Shown: positions 9,410 through 23,412 of the stretch, in pieces
Position numbering within the stretch: position 1 is the first letter of the stretch
Layout: each line of letters opens with the position of its first letter
Assembly (NCBI GenBank): GCA_951406725.2
Contig: OX597816.1
Span: 5,456,001-5,520,000, forward strand
Reading direction: 5' to 3'
Length of the DNA stretch: 64,000 nt
DNA from: Octopus vulgaris
Lineage: Eukaryota
Program-made: the position numbers and the translations under genes
The notes under the pieces: generated by a model
Seen by the model: the letters and a program-made list of their open reading frames with translations, nothing else
Told to the model about the DNA's origin: nothing
Databases searched by the model: none

Positions 9410-12400
9410 GTCACAACCAATTACTGCAACAGAACCGGATCCACTCTTGGATATTTTCAAGACTTTTCACCGAAACGATTATTGGATTAAATATTTTTAC
9501 TGGTTTTTAGTGCTGTTATCGCTGCTCCTAGTTATTTTAATATTAAATAACATTCGAGGGAATTTAGTCTCCTAATTGCACGGATGTTCCTACTTAATCG
9601 AAGTCCGTGTACCTGTTAGAATCTATCGTGAGTGCCATCTATGCAGATAATGCTGAGTTTTGAACTGACAAATCTGTAGTTCGGTCCTTCTACTTTCAAA
9701 TGCTCCTAAGTCAGAAAACGATGTCACAGTAAAATACTAAAACCGTTTCAATCGAATCAGAAAGTTTCAATCGATTATGCATATTGCATCACATTGTCGC
9801 CATTGTAATTACATGGAGCAATTCCCTTCACAAATTGGAGCAATACTCATCATAAAATACACATCTTTTGCCTATAATTACGCCCAGCACAGGCTGCACA
9901 CCCCACACATTCTCGGCGAAGAGAAAGTCAGTATATCGACTCCAGTTTATGAAAGGTATTTATGACGCATTATTAAAATTGATGGCAATATCTCTGAAAC
10001 ACTGAAGCAATAATTTATAATTCCAGTAAACACAGTTAATAGTTTAAAATTTAATCCTTAAAAAGACAACTTGAGCACAATAATTTTGCTAAATGTTATT
10101 ATCTTTCTCTGGATTTAAAATTTTATTACAGAAGTTAATTTTCTTTGCATAAATTTGGCAAGCCAGAATTTCTTTTGCGTTGTTAAACTGTCGTTTTCCA
10201 TTTTATCATCTCTGACAACAAAAACTTTGCATTTAATATTGTTAATATAGCTGGCAATCTAATAGAATTATTGATAAGGCATAAAGAATATAAAGGAACG
10301 GTTTTTTTTTTTGTTCTTAGTTTCTGTGATTTAATCTTGAGGATAATGAAACCAGTGGAGATCAAAAATATTTAGTATTCTGATGAGGATATTATTTTAT
10401 TTTAGCTTTGTATTCATAAAGGGCGAAGATATGGCAAATATAATTTTCAAAATCACAGCCTCATTTGATTTATTAAATCGCTGTTGTGATAAGTAGTAAT
10501 AATAACCTCACTCATATTCGCCTTCAAAATTCTCAACAACTGATAAATTCACAATACCATTCATTGGTTTCACTGATATTCAAAGATTTCATTTTTTATG
10601 AAATAAAATTTAAGGATTTTTTCAAGCGAGAAAACACTCAGGCGTGGATTGCTGCAACACATGCGCTCAAATATTGATAGCATTAAAACCTGTTTTGCCT
10701 GTCATCGTCACAATCACCATTAGCTCTATTTTCTCAGTCGGGCAACTCTTCTCTTCACTGTCCAAAGCTATGTTACACCGAATATGCAAAAGGCTTCCAC
10801 CTGAAACTATTATGATTCATAATACATTATAACTAATATTTCCTTCGCTGAAATATTAATTCATGCCGGAACAATGTAAGAAAGAGAGCACGTGTATAAT
10901 TGTTGATGTCTTCAAAAGGAAATGCAAATACTTTTTAAGCAGTGTTTTTAATTGTTATTTAATCGCTACGTGTAATATAAATTATACACTGAAAGTTTCC
11001 TAAGTTCACTTAAGACGTTATTTTCAAGGCAACTCTGTTACTCTGGATTTTGTCTCATCAATTTTCCATATTTTATTTTCAACTTTATTCCTTCACATCA
11101 TTTTTTTCTCTTTTGCTTCAAGTGGCCATTGGTTAAGATTTATGGAGGAATTTCTTTTTCATTAAGCTTTATTATCATTTTTATCGCTTCGCAAATGATA
11201 CTGCAGTAGATAGTGTCTCTACTTTATGGCTTCCATTACATGATAGAAATATCTGCCATCTTCAAAGATGGGAAGAATTCTTTCACCTCATAACTTAAGT
11301 CATAATTTAAGACCATCAAAAAGAAACTGCAAGAATTATAAATTACGCATTCCATTTATCACCATGCAAAGAATATTCTAGCAAAGATAAAGAAAAAGTT
11401 ATCATACTGATCCAACAAAAAATAAACTCCAAACGAAAACAGACAAGGATCACAAAACAAGTCTCTCGTGACTGAAATAACACCATAGCTCTTTAATGCA
11501 GAAATTTCATTATAGTTACCAAAATGTATCTAAGCACATATTAGAAAACCGTTTAAAATATTCGATATTTGGAACCAAACTTTTTGCAAAGAGACTACCT
11601 TAACGTAAAAAGTGATAATGTCAATAAAATAATTGCTGACAGAAAGAAATAATTTGAGAGGAAAAGGACATCAATTTCTTACCAAAAATATATCATTTCA
11701 CTCCATTGCTGTTACCTGAGGAAAGACAAACATTGTTGGATCAGACGAATTGATGATGGCATAATTTTGTACGAAAGGATTATAAGCACCCAAAGAAGTG
11801 TTTAAAAGATTAGATAAATTAAAATCCGTTTATGAAAAAGCATGTTTTTTTTTTAATCTCATAAAATAAACGGTTCGTTTTGTAAGAAAATATATGACTT
11901 TTATTAGTTTTTAGCAAAAGTTCTACATGTTTTGCTCGGAAGTGTGTACACATTAAAAACCGTTGAAAACTATATATAGATGATAATATTTATGTACAAT
12001 AAACTTGTACTGCCGAATTCCAGCTTCTAGTGGTTCTTATATATAAATTAGAATGGTCTATTGAAAAGTAAAATTTCTTAAACTATTGAATCTGTGCGAT
12101 ACGATTCAGCTATTAGATTTTAGTTCTTTATTTCCGTCGTTCTTTGTTCAAATGGCTTTGCAAACTGCAGCTTTTATTGGAACAATAATAATATTGAAGT
12201 AAATAAACTTTCAGCTTATATTGAACTTGTAGAATTTTATTGTATAAATCAACTTTTGAAAATATATTGTTCCGCAGAATTTCTTTTCAGTGTTATTACT
12301 TAATAAAATAGCGTCCAAATATTGTAAGGAATTAACAATATATATATATTTGTAGAACGGCAACTGTAAGCAAGTTAACATGAAAGACTTGGTTGAGACT
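9410..12400 (+). pseudogene. Decayed TRANK1-like coding relic, copy 2
   Basis: ~3 kb of complex sequence with broken plus-strand frames. ORF 10486-10677 FKDFIFYEIKFKDFFKRENTQAWIAATHAL resembles TRANK1 LKEYIHFLFENESARNRRESTDLWLSAMQAF; ~11220 TLWLPLHDRNICHLQRWEEFF resembles LCLPKSYIALLHYWEFLF; order is colinear (recalled sequence). Confidence 0.55.
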
Positions 12401-13085
12401 GGAATCAAAATTACATTATCGAAAATTAAACAATAAAATATAGACTACGATATATTGAAAATTGGATTTCGAAATATTCGATTTGTCTGACTTTCCAAAT
12501 GATATGAAAAATAAATCGATTTGTCTGATTTTCAAATATGAAAGTCTAGAATGAAGATTTAAAAGCATTGCATATATATCGAGATTATTTTCAGAAATAT
12601 AAACCTAATACTTTGACGCAAACAGACAATAAGACAAGAAAAAGACAAGAAAAAGAGATCCGGCCATTTTATATTGATTGATTTGTCAGGACGATTCCAT
12701 TAAGACGTTCGAATAAAGACAGGAAGATTTTAAGTAAATTAATACCATTTGCAAGAACGGTTCCGTCGTGTTTTGCTGACTCTCCATGTCTAAATTTCCT
12801 ACATTCCGAGAAGAGAAGAATGCAGGTGCTCCTATGTCAGCATATCACGTGACCGGCCTGACATTTACACATGACACTTAAATTCCACTCCATATACCTA
12901 TGTTTATATAGATTTATATTTTTGCATCATCTTTCTCTCTCTCTCTCTCACTCCCTCTTCTAAACATTCAGGCATACACATTTATAAATGTATGTATGTA
13001 GGTATAGAAGCAATTATGGGGATAAGCAAACTAGATACACCAAATATTTTAAATATATTAAGTACATCAAATACAAATTTGTATA

Positions 13086-13560
<475 letters not shown>

Positions 13561-13562
<2 letters not shown>

Positions 13563-13758
13563 TCCACGAGGCTCCGGCAGGGGGGGTGATCCCTGCTGTA
13601 CTCTCTCACCACAACTTTCTCTCACTCTTTCTTCTGTTGGCCTGCTCGCTTAGCCAGCGGGGTGGCGTCATTTGAAGGCTAAAACAATGCGAACGCATTG
13701 TGACCAGCGATGTGTAACTACATCTGATAGCCAGGTCGGTCACGGTGATCATGGTGAT
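13561..13758 (+). mobile_element. 5'-truncated family C SINE with alternative 3' tail
   Basis: CTCCACGAGGCTCCGGCAGG..CACCACAACTTTCTCTCACTCT matches family C, then an unrelated tail ending GGTGATCATGGTGAT. Confidence 0.8.
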
Positions 13759-13929
13759 ATATATATATACACACATATATATTTCATATCCAGTTAGTTC
13801 AAATACAGAAATTAAATTAAGTTTAAATTTCATGTTGAAGCTATTAATTTAATTTAAATTTTCTTGTTGAATGTTGTTAATTGGGTATTGCATGTATATA
13901 CAAACCTAGTCCTAGATGAAATATATATG

Positions 13930-14410
13930 TATGCGTGTGATCCGCGAAGCCTGATCTTTCTTTCTTGGTTCGACTACCACCCGTGATACATCACTTATAT
14001 TCCTTCCTATGACCTTCATCTCTTATGTCCCTGCCGTAAAGCTTTACATCCACACACGCCAGCTTAATCTAATTCGTCCTTAGTCGAAAGACACCTGTTG
14101 TTAATGTCCTGTTATTTGTATTTGTAATTGTGTACCATTTCTCCATTTTTCCGTCCCTGTTTTTGCATACATTCGCTTGCTTTCTTCCAAGGAATCTAGT
14201 GCTCTTAGCTTAGATTTTCTTGGGGCCGCCCAGATTGGAGCAGTCTCGAGTGTAACCGGCCGAAACTACTAATATAATCTGGCACTCGACTGAGGATAGG
14301 AAGCTCCGAATGCCCCGTCCTTATTTCTTCTTGTCCCTTTTTTGTATCGTCTAACTGTCCGCATGATTTGTTGTCTCCTATTACGTTCTTGTTCCATGTT
14401 TCTTTTTCGT
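13930..14410 (+). mobile_element. Putative Penelope-like terminal-repeat remnant
   Basis: TA-flanked, T-rich, carries a hammerhead-like motif; no ORF; classification by inference. Confidence 0.45.
14224..14296 (+). ncRNA. Hammerhead-like motif with non-canonical strand order
   Basis: GGCCG-c-CCAGATT-gg-AGCAG-TC-TCGAGTG-taac-CGGCC-GAAA-CTACT-aatat-AATCTGG-CACTCGA-CTGAGGA. Confidence 0.55.
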
Positions 14411-14428
14411 ATGTATGTATATATATAT

Positions 14429-15506
14429 TGTTACGAATACCTGGCGTCGCTCAAACTCTTCGGAAACCCGGGACCCTACCAAGTCGAGCGACGACGATTG
14501 ACCAGCCCGATCGAACGGAGAATTCGCCACGGAACGAGAGAATTCGGTGGGGAGGGGAGGTGGCAGCGAACTCGTCAACCGGCGACCGGAGAGAACAACA
14601 ACAAACAACAGGAAGAGATACAGAGAGACACGGCGGAAAGCAGTTAGCTTACGTTTAACAACAATTTATGACAATTACGACATCAAATATAATGTAAAAT
14701 ACATTAGGTACATCAAAGAGAATAACATGCAACAAAATTAACAAGATCAAAGCATGCAGGTACAATATACAGTCCGGAGACAACAGTTCAGTTCAAATTG
14801 ATGCAATATAGTTCAGAGTTCAATGTTCTACATTAGAGTCTTCCTCTTTCTTTTTCAACAACTCTGTAACACAATTCACAATGTTCTTTATAATCTCATT
14901 TCTTTAATTCAGTACTTCTTCCTCCTTTTTTTCACATCAATCTTTTACATTTCAACAATTCTTTTTCCTTCTTTAACACATCAAAACATAAACAAACATA
15001 CCGTTACGACAAATAGCCAGTGCCTTCACGCCGTAATCTCCCCCACCTCCTCAATCCTCTGTGTATATCTTTCTCAACGTTGTCGTTGCCTCTCGCTCTT
15101 CTTAATCCTAACTGCCTGTCTTCCTCCACGCTGCCATTCCTCTCGCTTGTCTGTCTTTCACATTCCTTGTCTGTCTTTCACATTCCTTGTCTGTCTTTCA
15201 CATTCCTTGTCTGTCTCTTGCCAGTCTCATTCCTTGTCTGTCTCTTTTACTCTTTTGCTGTCTCAGGCAGAACTCCTAAACTGCCCTGTTACCAATTCGC
15301 TGTCTCCGGCCGAACTGTTTAACAAACTCCCAGCTCCCGCTTTTTAAAGGGTAGCTTCCTCGACCCTTCGTTGACCAACAAAAGGGCAGAGGTCTCTTCA
15401 AAAGTCATTACTCTTTCCAGATAGTTGACAATAACTTTATATCCCAGACTTCAAGACTACAACCAGCAAAAGTAGGTCATAGCAGTGTTTCCGAATTGAC
15501 CCTCAT

Positions 15507-15510
<4 letters not shown>
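14429..15510. mobile_element. Solo LTR (Gypsy-like)
   Basis: TGTTACG...CATAACA inverted termini, ATAT 4-bp TSD in a TA tract, internal 20-bp repeat CTTGTCTGTCTTTCACATTC (15146-15245). Confidence 0.8.
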
Positions 15511-15559
<49 letters not shown>

Positions 15560-15734
15560 CATATATATGTATGTATACATATATACATACATGCATATAT
15601 ATATATATGTACACACACACAAACACTCAAATATATATATCGTATGTGTGTGTGTGTGTTTGTATGGTCTATTGTTTACGTCTGTCCAAATGGAAACACT
15701 AGGCTACACACACATGCACACACATCTCTCGTAG

Positions 15735-16070
15735 CACCTTCATCCTCCAATGTCAGCTCAACGGGTAACGAGCCTTCTCCAAACATCCCCATTCTACGAT
15801 TTTCTTTTATTTCCATTCGAGCCAACTTCCAGCTCCGATATGTACTGTGACACACCTTCTTTAGTCATCCGTTCGGTCCTTCCCTCCTTCAGGCATCCAC
15901 TCGATCACAAGCGTAGTGTGTCTCTCCTGCGATAACCGAAACATACGGCCAGTAAACCCTATCCACCGCTTGACAGCTTTTCTCATCACCGCTTCATTTC
16001 TTGGTCTGTCCCAGCAAAATGCCAAGAATTGAACGTAGGGAATGACAAGATGTGAATTGCCGTGCTGTGA
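15735..16070 (-). mobile_element. Old RTE-type LINE 3' fragment
   Basis: Minus-strand LRSILGI..RNEAVMRKA..RLSQERHTTLVIEWMPEGRK..WRRLV. Confidence 0.6.
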
Positions 16071-16536
16071 CCAGATTAAATTCCTCTCATTGATTCATAT
16101 ACATAAACAATTGAAAACTTAAATAATCAGGTGTCCATAAAATATCTTTACAAATTGAAACGTTCAGGAGAAAAATAAGGACAACTCAACAGAGTTTATT
16201 GAAGAAAAAATAGGCAAAGAAATGAAGTTTTATTAGAAACATCAGAACATTTCAACGAGGGTTTTCTTGGTTGCATACAACCTATTGAATTTCAAACTGT
16301 GAAGGTTAAATCATGGACTCACTGTATTCAGATATGAGCCAAACTGATATCTTTTCGGATTGCAAAGGACCAGTTCAAGGCTAATATTGTACTCTCGGTC
16401 TCTTATATGCCATGAAAACCTGGTGACTACACTTATGAGACCAGGGGCTAGAGGAAAATAGAATTAGAAAACAAAATATTTTAGTATGTATGTATGTGTG
16501 TATATATGTGCATGTGTATGTGTATATATATATACA

Positions 16537-16603
<67 letters not shown>

Positions 16604-16688
16604 ACAATTGAGGGTAAAATTAATTAATTAATCAATTTCACCAAGTGTTCAGTATGTAAAAGGACCATTTAAGGCGAATTCAAAATTT

Positions 16689-16751
16689 TACATTATATAA
16701 TTAGGGCTTAGTAAAATAAAGTAATTTATTTTACTAAGCCCTAATTATATA

Positions 16752-16756
<5 letters not shown>
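16689..16756. repeat. Perfect 32-bp inverted repeat with 4-nt spacer between (TA)n tracts
   Basis: TACATTATATAATTAGGGCTTAGTAAAATAAA-gtaa-reverse complement. Confidence 0.9.
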
Positions 16757-16806
<50 letters not shown>

Positions 16807-16828
16807 CATATAGACATTTATATATATA

Positions 16829-18004
16829 CTAGCATTAAAGACCCGTCGTTGCCGGGTCATAGTGCTAGTGCATGTATATATGTGTATATATATGTGTACA
16901 TATTACATGTACATCTATATATATACATCTACACATAAAATGCAAAATACAAAGTTATATCTTGATATCGCTAGTGATAACAATTCTCAAAATATATAAC
17001 AGACTGGAATTGTTAGCCCGTCTCTTGTAATTTCGATCAATTGTATCTTGTCCGCCCTCTTGTATAGAAGTGTGGCTACAATCCAGCCTACCTCTACTTC
17101 TGGGGTGGGGGGAATTTGAAATTTTTTTCCGGGACGTCCTACGTCCCAGATATAAAGGTAAAAATAAAATATTTCCACTTTGCAAGTTCGAGTCGAGTAC
17201 TCCCTTACACGCTCCGTTGACTCGAACCTTGCTTCTGTTGTGGCGAATTTACCGCCTCTGATTAGATGTCTTTCATAGTCGCACCAAGGCACTTTTCGAA
17301 GGTGCTTCCCTCCATGTGTTCAAATCTTTTTTCTCTTCATTGTATACTTTATAGACAATAGTCTTTTCTTTAATTTAATTTTTTATTATCCATCTGGACT
17401 ATTCCATTTCTGCACGCTAATTTTATTTTTAATTTATTCCCATTCATGTGAAACCACTTAATCAGTTCAAATCATTGATGCAATTTTATACCAATTGCTA
17501 TTTTTACTTTTGTTATGTTACGATTATATTATACTTTAGTTTAATTGTAATTATTACTTACTACATATAATTCAATTGCTATCATTATTTTTATTGTTGA
17601 AGTGAAAGTATCTGACATAAAATAGAGAAATGTTTTTGTTTCACATTTAACACGTCATACTGAAATAGTGGAGAAGATATGATATTGCTATGGGCTTGCT
17701 CTAGGCAAGAAGTTGAACTTTTTTTCGCCCATGAAACTACATGGACCCTAAGTAAGGCATGTGTAAAATTTGAATGAAATTGGTTGTGTAGTTCTCAAGT
17801 TTTAGGGAATCGTAGTGGAGAAGATATGATATTGCTGTGGGCTCGCCCTAGGCGAAAAATTAAAAATGTTTTTTGCCGATGACACTCCCCGGACCCTAAG
17901 TAAGGCATGTGTAAAATTTGAATGAAATTGGTTGTATAATTCTCAAGTTTTAGGGAAACACACAGACAGACAGACACACATTCTCAGTTTTATATATATA
18001 AAGA
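16829..18004 (-). mobile_element. Non-autonomous Helitron with internal ~145-bp tandem duplication
   Basis: CTAG at 16829-16832, hairpin GACCCGTCGTTGCCGGGTC, other end GA|T at 18004; duplication ~17667-17807 / 17813-17956. Confidence 0.8.
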
Positions 18005-18976
18005 TATATGTATATATATATACTTATGCATATATATATATATTTATATATACATATATATACATACATACACATATACCTGCATATTTTTATTGTACAC
18101 TAAATTATACTAGCATTAAAGTCTATGCAGTTATTGATCTCTTTGTGAAATATAACAAAAAAAATAGACAGAGATGTAATTTAAAATACATTTTCATGTA
18201 TACATACAAGCGTATGTGTATATAAAGAGAAAGGAAGGCACAGAATGGGTGTAAAAGGGAAAGAGTAGAAAACGAGAGATAGAGGGAGAGACAAAGGCGG
18301 AAAGAGTTAAAAATTATATGTATATATATACATATATACATGGGAGCAGCTTTAACTTGTATCATGTTGTTTTGAAAACATGACGATAGTTGTTTTGAAA
18401 AAAAAAATTCCATTAGGTTTTTTTTTCTAGTTTCGGCATCTTATGTTGCATTGTACCATTGAATTTGTAGACTAATTCTACAGAATATTGATGTTTCCCG
18501 TGTTCAACTTTCATTTCCAAATCTTAGTTTTAAAATTCTTCTGTGCACTTTCCTTTTGATGGTTGAATACAATATCTGGCATCGTTCCTGCCTGATACCA
18601 AATGCGTTAACAAAAGTTGTTAAGTACTATCGTGTGTATACGCACGTATAATTTGTATGTATATATGCATGCACGCTCGAACATATTTATGAAGATCTTT
18701 CTACATACATATATATGGCTGTATAGATATATACATATATATAAATACATACATACGTACAGACGGACATACAGACAGACAGACAGACAGATAGGTTGGT
18801 AGTTATATACATGTTCACACATGCATAAAGCTATATTTACTTATCTATAAATTCAAATATATTTACACATATACATCTCTCTCCTTATGCACACACATGC
18901 ATGTACGTATATATATATTTAGTCATACATATATATACCTATATATCTGTGTGTGAGTGTACATATGTATACATAC

Positions 18977-19074
<98 letters not shown>

Positions 19075-19377
19075 TTACATATATATATATATATATGCAC
19101 ATATACATATTACAGTCATCATTTATTTGTCTCATCACGATTTTATTTATTTTGCTCTTAACATTTCTTGAAATCCTATATTATATTCTTCCGTTCCATT
19201 ATTACTTATCCTTGGAATAATAATGTTCCTTGACAGATGCAGTGGTTGATCTACAGTATATAAGCTACCGTGTGCAGATGCAAGAACATACAGTGATGCA
19301 CAACAGTGGATGCACTCCCCCGCCGACATACAAAAATGTTGATGCATATGCACACAATTACGCATAAATGTATACTT

Positions 19378-19429
<52 letters not shown>

Positions 19430-19431
<2 letters not shown>

Positions 19432-19826
19432 CGCAGGAGTGGCTGTGTGGTAAGTAGCTTGCTAACCAACCACATGGTTGCGGGTTCAGTCCCACTGCGT
19501 GGCATCTTGGGCAAGTGTCTTCTGCTATAGCCCCGGGCTGACCAATGCCTTGTGAGTGGATTTGGTAGACGGAAACTGAAAGAAGCCTGTCGTATATATG
19601 TATATATATATATGTGTGTGTGTGATTGTGTGTCTGTGTTTGTCCCCTAGCATTGCTTGACAACCGATGCTGGTGTGTTTACGTCCCCGTCACTTAGCGG
19701 TTCGGCAAAAGAGACCGATAGAATAAGTACTGGGCTTACAAAGAATAAGTCCCGGGGTCGATTTGCCTGACTAAAGGCGGTGCTCCAGCATGGCCGCAGT
19801 CAAATGACTGAAACAAGTAAAAGAGA
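19430..19826 (+). mobile_element. SINE family A
   Basis: Near-identical to 1050-1450. Confidence 0.92.
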
Positions 19827-19853
19827 GAGAGAAAGAGATATATATATGTATAC

Positions 19854-19926
<73 letters not shown>

Positions 19927-20039
19927 TACATACATATGATGCCGGGAAGTAGCTCTCGTGGCTTCTGACCTTTAGCAATTGGAAGTGTTAACCTCTACAT
20001 ATTTTGTCCCGGTGCAACAGATGTATTGTGCTGTGCGGT

Positions 20040-20390
20040 CACACGCTTTTCAAACCTTCAAGGAGGGTATTTACATAAAATATCGAACAACAGGGAAATT
20101 CAGAACAAAGTCTTTTTTTTTTTACTTTACTCATTAAGGAACTCTTATCCACTGACGATTGCGATCTAATCTGTCTCTCTGAAACAGGCCTGCAATCTCT
20201 TGTATCTGCATTTGACTCGGCTTGTGATGTTTTTGGCTTGACCATCAGTTTGAAAAACACAGTTGTAATGTATCAACCTGCAAGGGGTGCTGTTTGCAAC
20301 GCCCCTAAAATGTTTGTTAAGGGTTGTTGACTCTTTCATCTATCTCAGAAGCTCTGTACAAAATGATCGAAATCTGGGCAAAATGATCAA
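20040..20390 (+). mobile_element. RTE (BovB-like) reverse transcriptase fragment
   Basis: ELLSTDDCDLICLSETGLQSLVSAFDSACDVFGLTISLKNTVVMYQPA..VVDSFIYL, the degenerate FADD region. Confidence 0.85.
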
Positions 20391-20401
20391 CATTTCCGCA
20401 A

Positions 20402-20447
20402 GACACCTGAAGAAGGCTGGAGAGTATATCAGCCGAAACGTTGTGTT
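20402..20447 (+). ncRNA. Minimal type I hammerhead ribozyme motif in a Penelope-like fragment (20395-20535)
   Basis: GACAC-CTGAAGA-a-GGCTG-loop-CAGCC-GAAA-CG-TT-GTGTT; the fragment's tail recurs at 56699-56765. Confidence 0.75.
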
Positions 20448-21638
20448 AACAACAAACAAGATGAGGACAAATATCCGTCAAATGTAAATAATGTAAATAA
20501 TGTAAATAATTCCTCGTCTCTTAAATATAGAACTGTATTGTTCTATTGTTGTAATCGACAATATTTCTATCGCGTGTAGTTAAAATGTCTGTTTTCTTTT
20601 CGTGTTTAGTATTTATATTTCGCTTTAACTCACGTAGTATTTGGGGATTTTCAGTTTCCTTCTTGTTGATGTGGTGGAAAATATCCATGGCCAGTTATCG
20701 TCGCTGACATGAAACAAAAAACGACTTTGCCGAAAAATAGAACGCAACCAACATTTTGCAAGTTCTCTGTTAATTCAATCATGGATGAACAATGTGCAAC
20801 ATGCTTCCGTAAAGTGAAGCCGTTGGGTACCGTTTACACAGAAGACTGATAGACAGATGAAAGAGCATCGAAGTCGTCACTGAATACGGACAACAGAAGC
20901 GTCAATAGTTTATGCGTTGGAGAAAAGAGCATGTCCGCACACTGCAGCGGAATGATCAGATTTGAAAATGGTTCTAATGAGCCGGTAACACAAAGAGGAC
21001 GATCTCTTGACAGAGAGAGTCGAGTCGAAAGTAAAAGAATGGAATGGATTGACTTGGAGTTCTCAAAGACAAGAAAGCTGTGGTATGCAACTTAGAAAAA
21101 CAATCGATTCTGCGGGAAATTTTTCTTCAAATAATCACGCCGGTATTCAGTAATAAATACATTTTTTTAAAATTTGCAATAGATCCCATCTCTGTTGAAA
21201 TCTAAAAATTGATGTTTATAGGTCAAAAGTTATCAGGGTCAGAGAGTTTAACCTTCTTTTCGACAAACGGTGCTGTTTGGTGTTTCTATAGATTAGAAAT
21301 GGTTTCGCATTGAATTGATAATTGAAGAATTTGTTACAGATTATCGCTATTTGTGAAGAACAACCACTTTCTGAGGAAGGATAAGAGCAGGTCAGAAGAG
21401 GGCAGCTTCCTGGAACGGAGTGTAGTGAGGTATCTTTGAGATTAGTGACTGGATTTTCCAGATTACGCGTGGAGAATAGCAGGAGGTGAATCTGTAACGA
21501 ATCTATGTCAGTATTAAGCCTTGATTAAATATAATAGCAAAAGGTGGGATGATGGTTTCGTTTTGAAGTTGTATTATCACGTATATTAATATTCATACTT
21601 AGACACAAGGGAAAAACTGCGTGTACGAATGTGTGTGC

Positions 21639-21679
<41 letters not shown>

Positions 21680-21927
21680 TGTGTGTGTATACTCAAACGC
21701 ATATATACATACATGTGTAAATGCAAAGAAATACGAGTGTCTTGGTGAACGTTAGTGTGTGGTGGTATATGTTGGTGAGTGTGAGTGTGTCTGTATGCCA
21801 AAGTAAGACATTATATATGTGTATGTGTGTGTATATATATATATAACAAAGTGGAGTTGTAACGAGTGGAATTATATATGAAAGAAGGTTTGAAAATGCA
21901 ATTTTAAAATATGCTTATTTATATATA

Positions 21928-21964
<37 letters not shown>

Positions 21965-22129
21965 TTTATATATATACATATTTACGTATATTTATATACA
22001 TATTTATATTTTATATATTTTTAATACAACAATTATTTTTCACACGTGTATATCTTTCTGATGAGTTTTGATATTGATTTCCTAATATTGATAATAATAT
22101 ATTATTAGAAAATATATATGTATATATAA

Positions 22130-22201
<72 letters not shown>

Positions 22202-23358
22202 ACGAATTAGAAAATAATAATTATTATATATATATATATATATATGTTTGTATCTATGTATGTATATACAGAGGAAGAGAAAGAGAGAAAGCAGGAAAGA
22301 TGGAAGCAATGGCTGCGAATGAGCGAAGAGAAGAGACAGATGTGCATAATTGGTTGTGTGCCGCATCTATGTGCATAGGAAGCATCATTGAAACTGTGAG
22401 CTAAATATTTTAAATACTGTAATTAACGAACTTATGAATGCTAATGAAGATAACACACACATACACACACACATACACTCACACATCTCTCTTTCTTTCT
22501 CTCTCTCCCTCTCTGACACACAAACACACGCACATACATGTACGCACACTACACGCACCACACTCATATAGCATATACACGCAAGCATATACACGCACAT
22601 ATACACACACAGTTATTCGTTACTTAAGAAAGCATAGAATGGAGAGAAATATAAAAAAAAAAAACTCTTATGTTAATACAACTGCAATTCGTTAATTTCT
22701 TTTTAATCAGCATATTATTTCAATAATTATTTGAATCTTTTCAAATTTGTCCTTTAATTCGTTTTATTGGCTTCGTGTTTTCGATAAAGTTCCATTGTGT
22801 TTCTTAAGCAGGTCTTTTCTTACGTTCTCTGTCGTTGTCGTAATTTTCTTTTATGAGAATTAAATACGTGTGAGATAGTTTGGTTTGTTACGTTTTAAAG
22901 AAAATTATTCGTTTTTGTTTTGCGTCTGAGAAAAAAATGTATTTGTTGGTAGAATCGTTTTTGTGTTTAAAGCTGAAGACAACAAAATGTTTGGGAAAAA
23001 AAAAATTTGGTGTGGCAGGATGAATGGAAGAAACTAGAAAAATTCAAGAGGAAATAAAACTGAGATAGGTTGTGTGTGTGTGTGTGTGTGTCTGTGTGTG
23101 TGTGTGACTTTAGATATGTATAGGCGAGTGTATGTGTACGTACGTATGCAGGTGTGGATATATCTGTCCGTGTGTTGACAGAGATAAATGGACTCGTGTA
23201 TATTATACAAATATACACACACACACACACAAACACGCACACACACACACAAGCACATACACACACATACACATACAAACGCATATGTATTCGTTATTAT
23301 TGAGGAGTGCAGTATTAGATCAGCAAAGTATTCTGCATCACACACACGTGCACACGCG

Positions 23359-23412
<54 letters not shown>

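Noticed and set aside
10183-10365. Minus-strand GPCR-like ORF
   Set aside because: No GPCR motifs; the colinear protein-like signal in this region is on the plus strand.
20640-21130. Possible old LINE coding fragment
   Set aside because: Too degenerate to assign by eye.
22336-22372. Hairpin as possible pre-miRNA
   Set aside because: Only ~37 nt, wobble-rich, with no recognised mature sequence.
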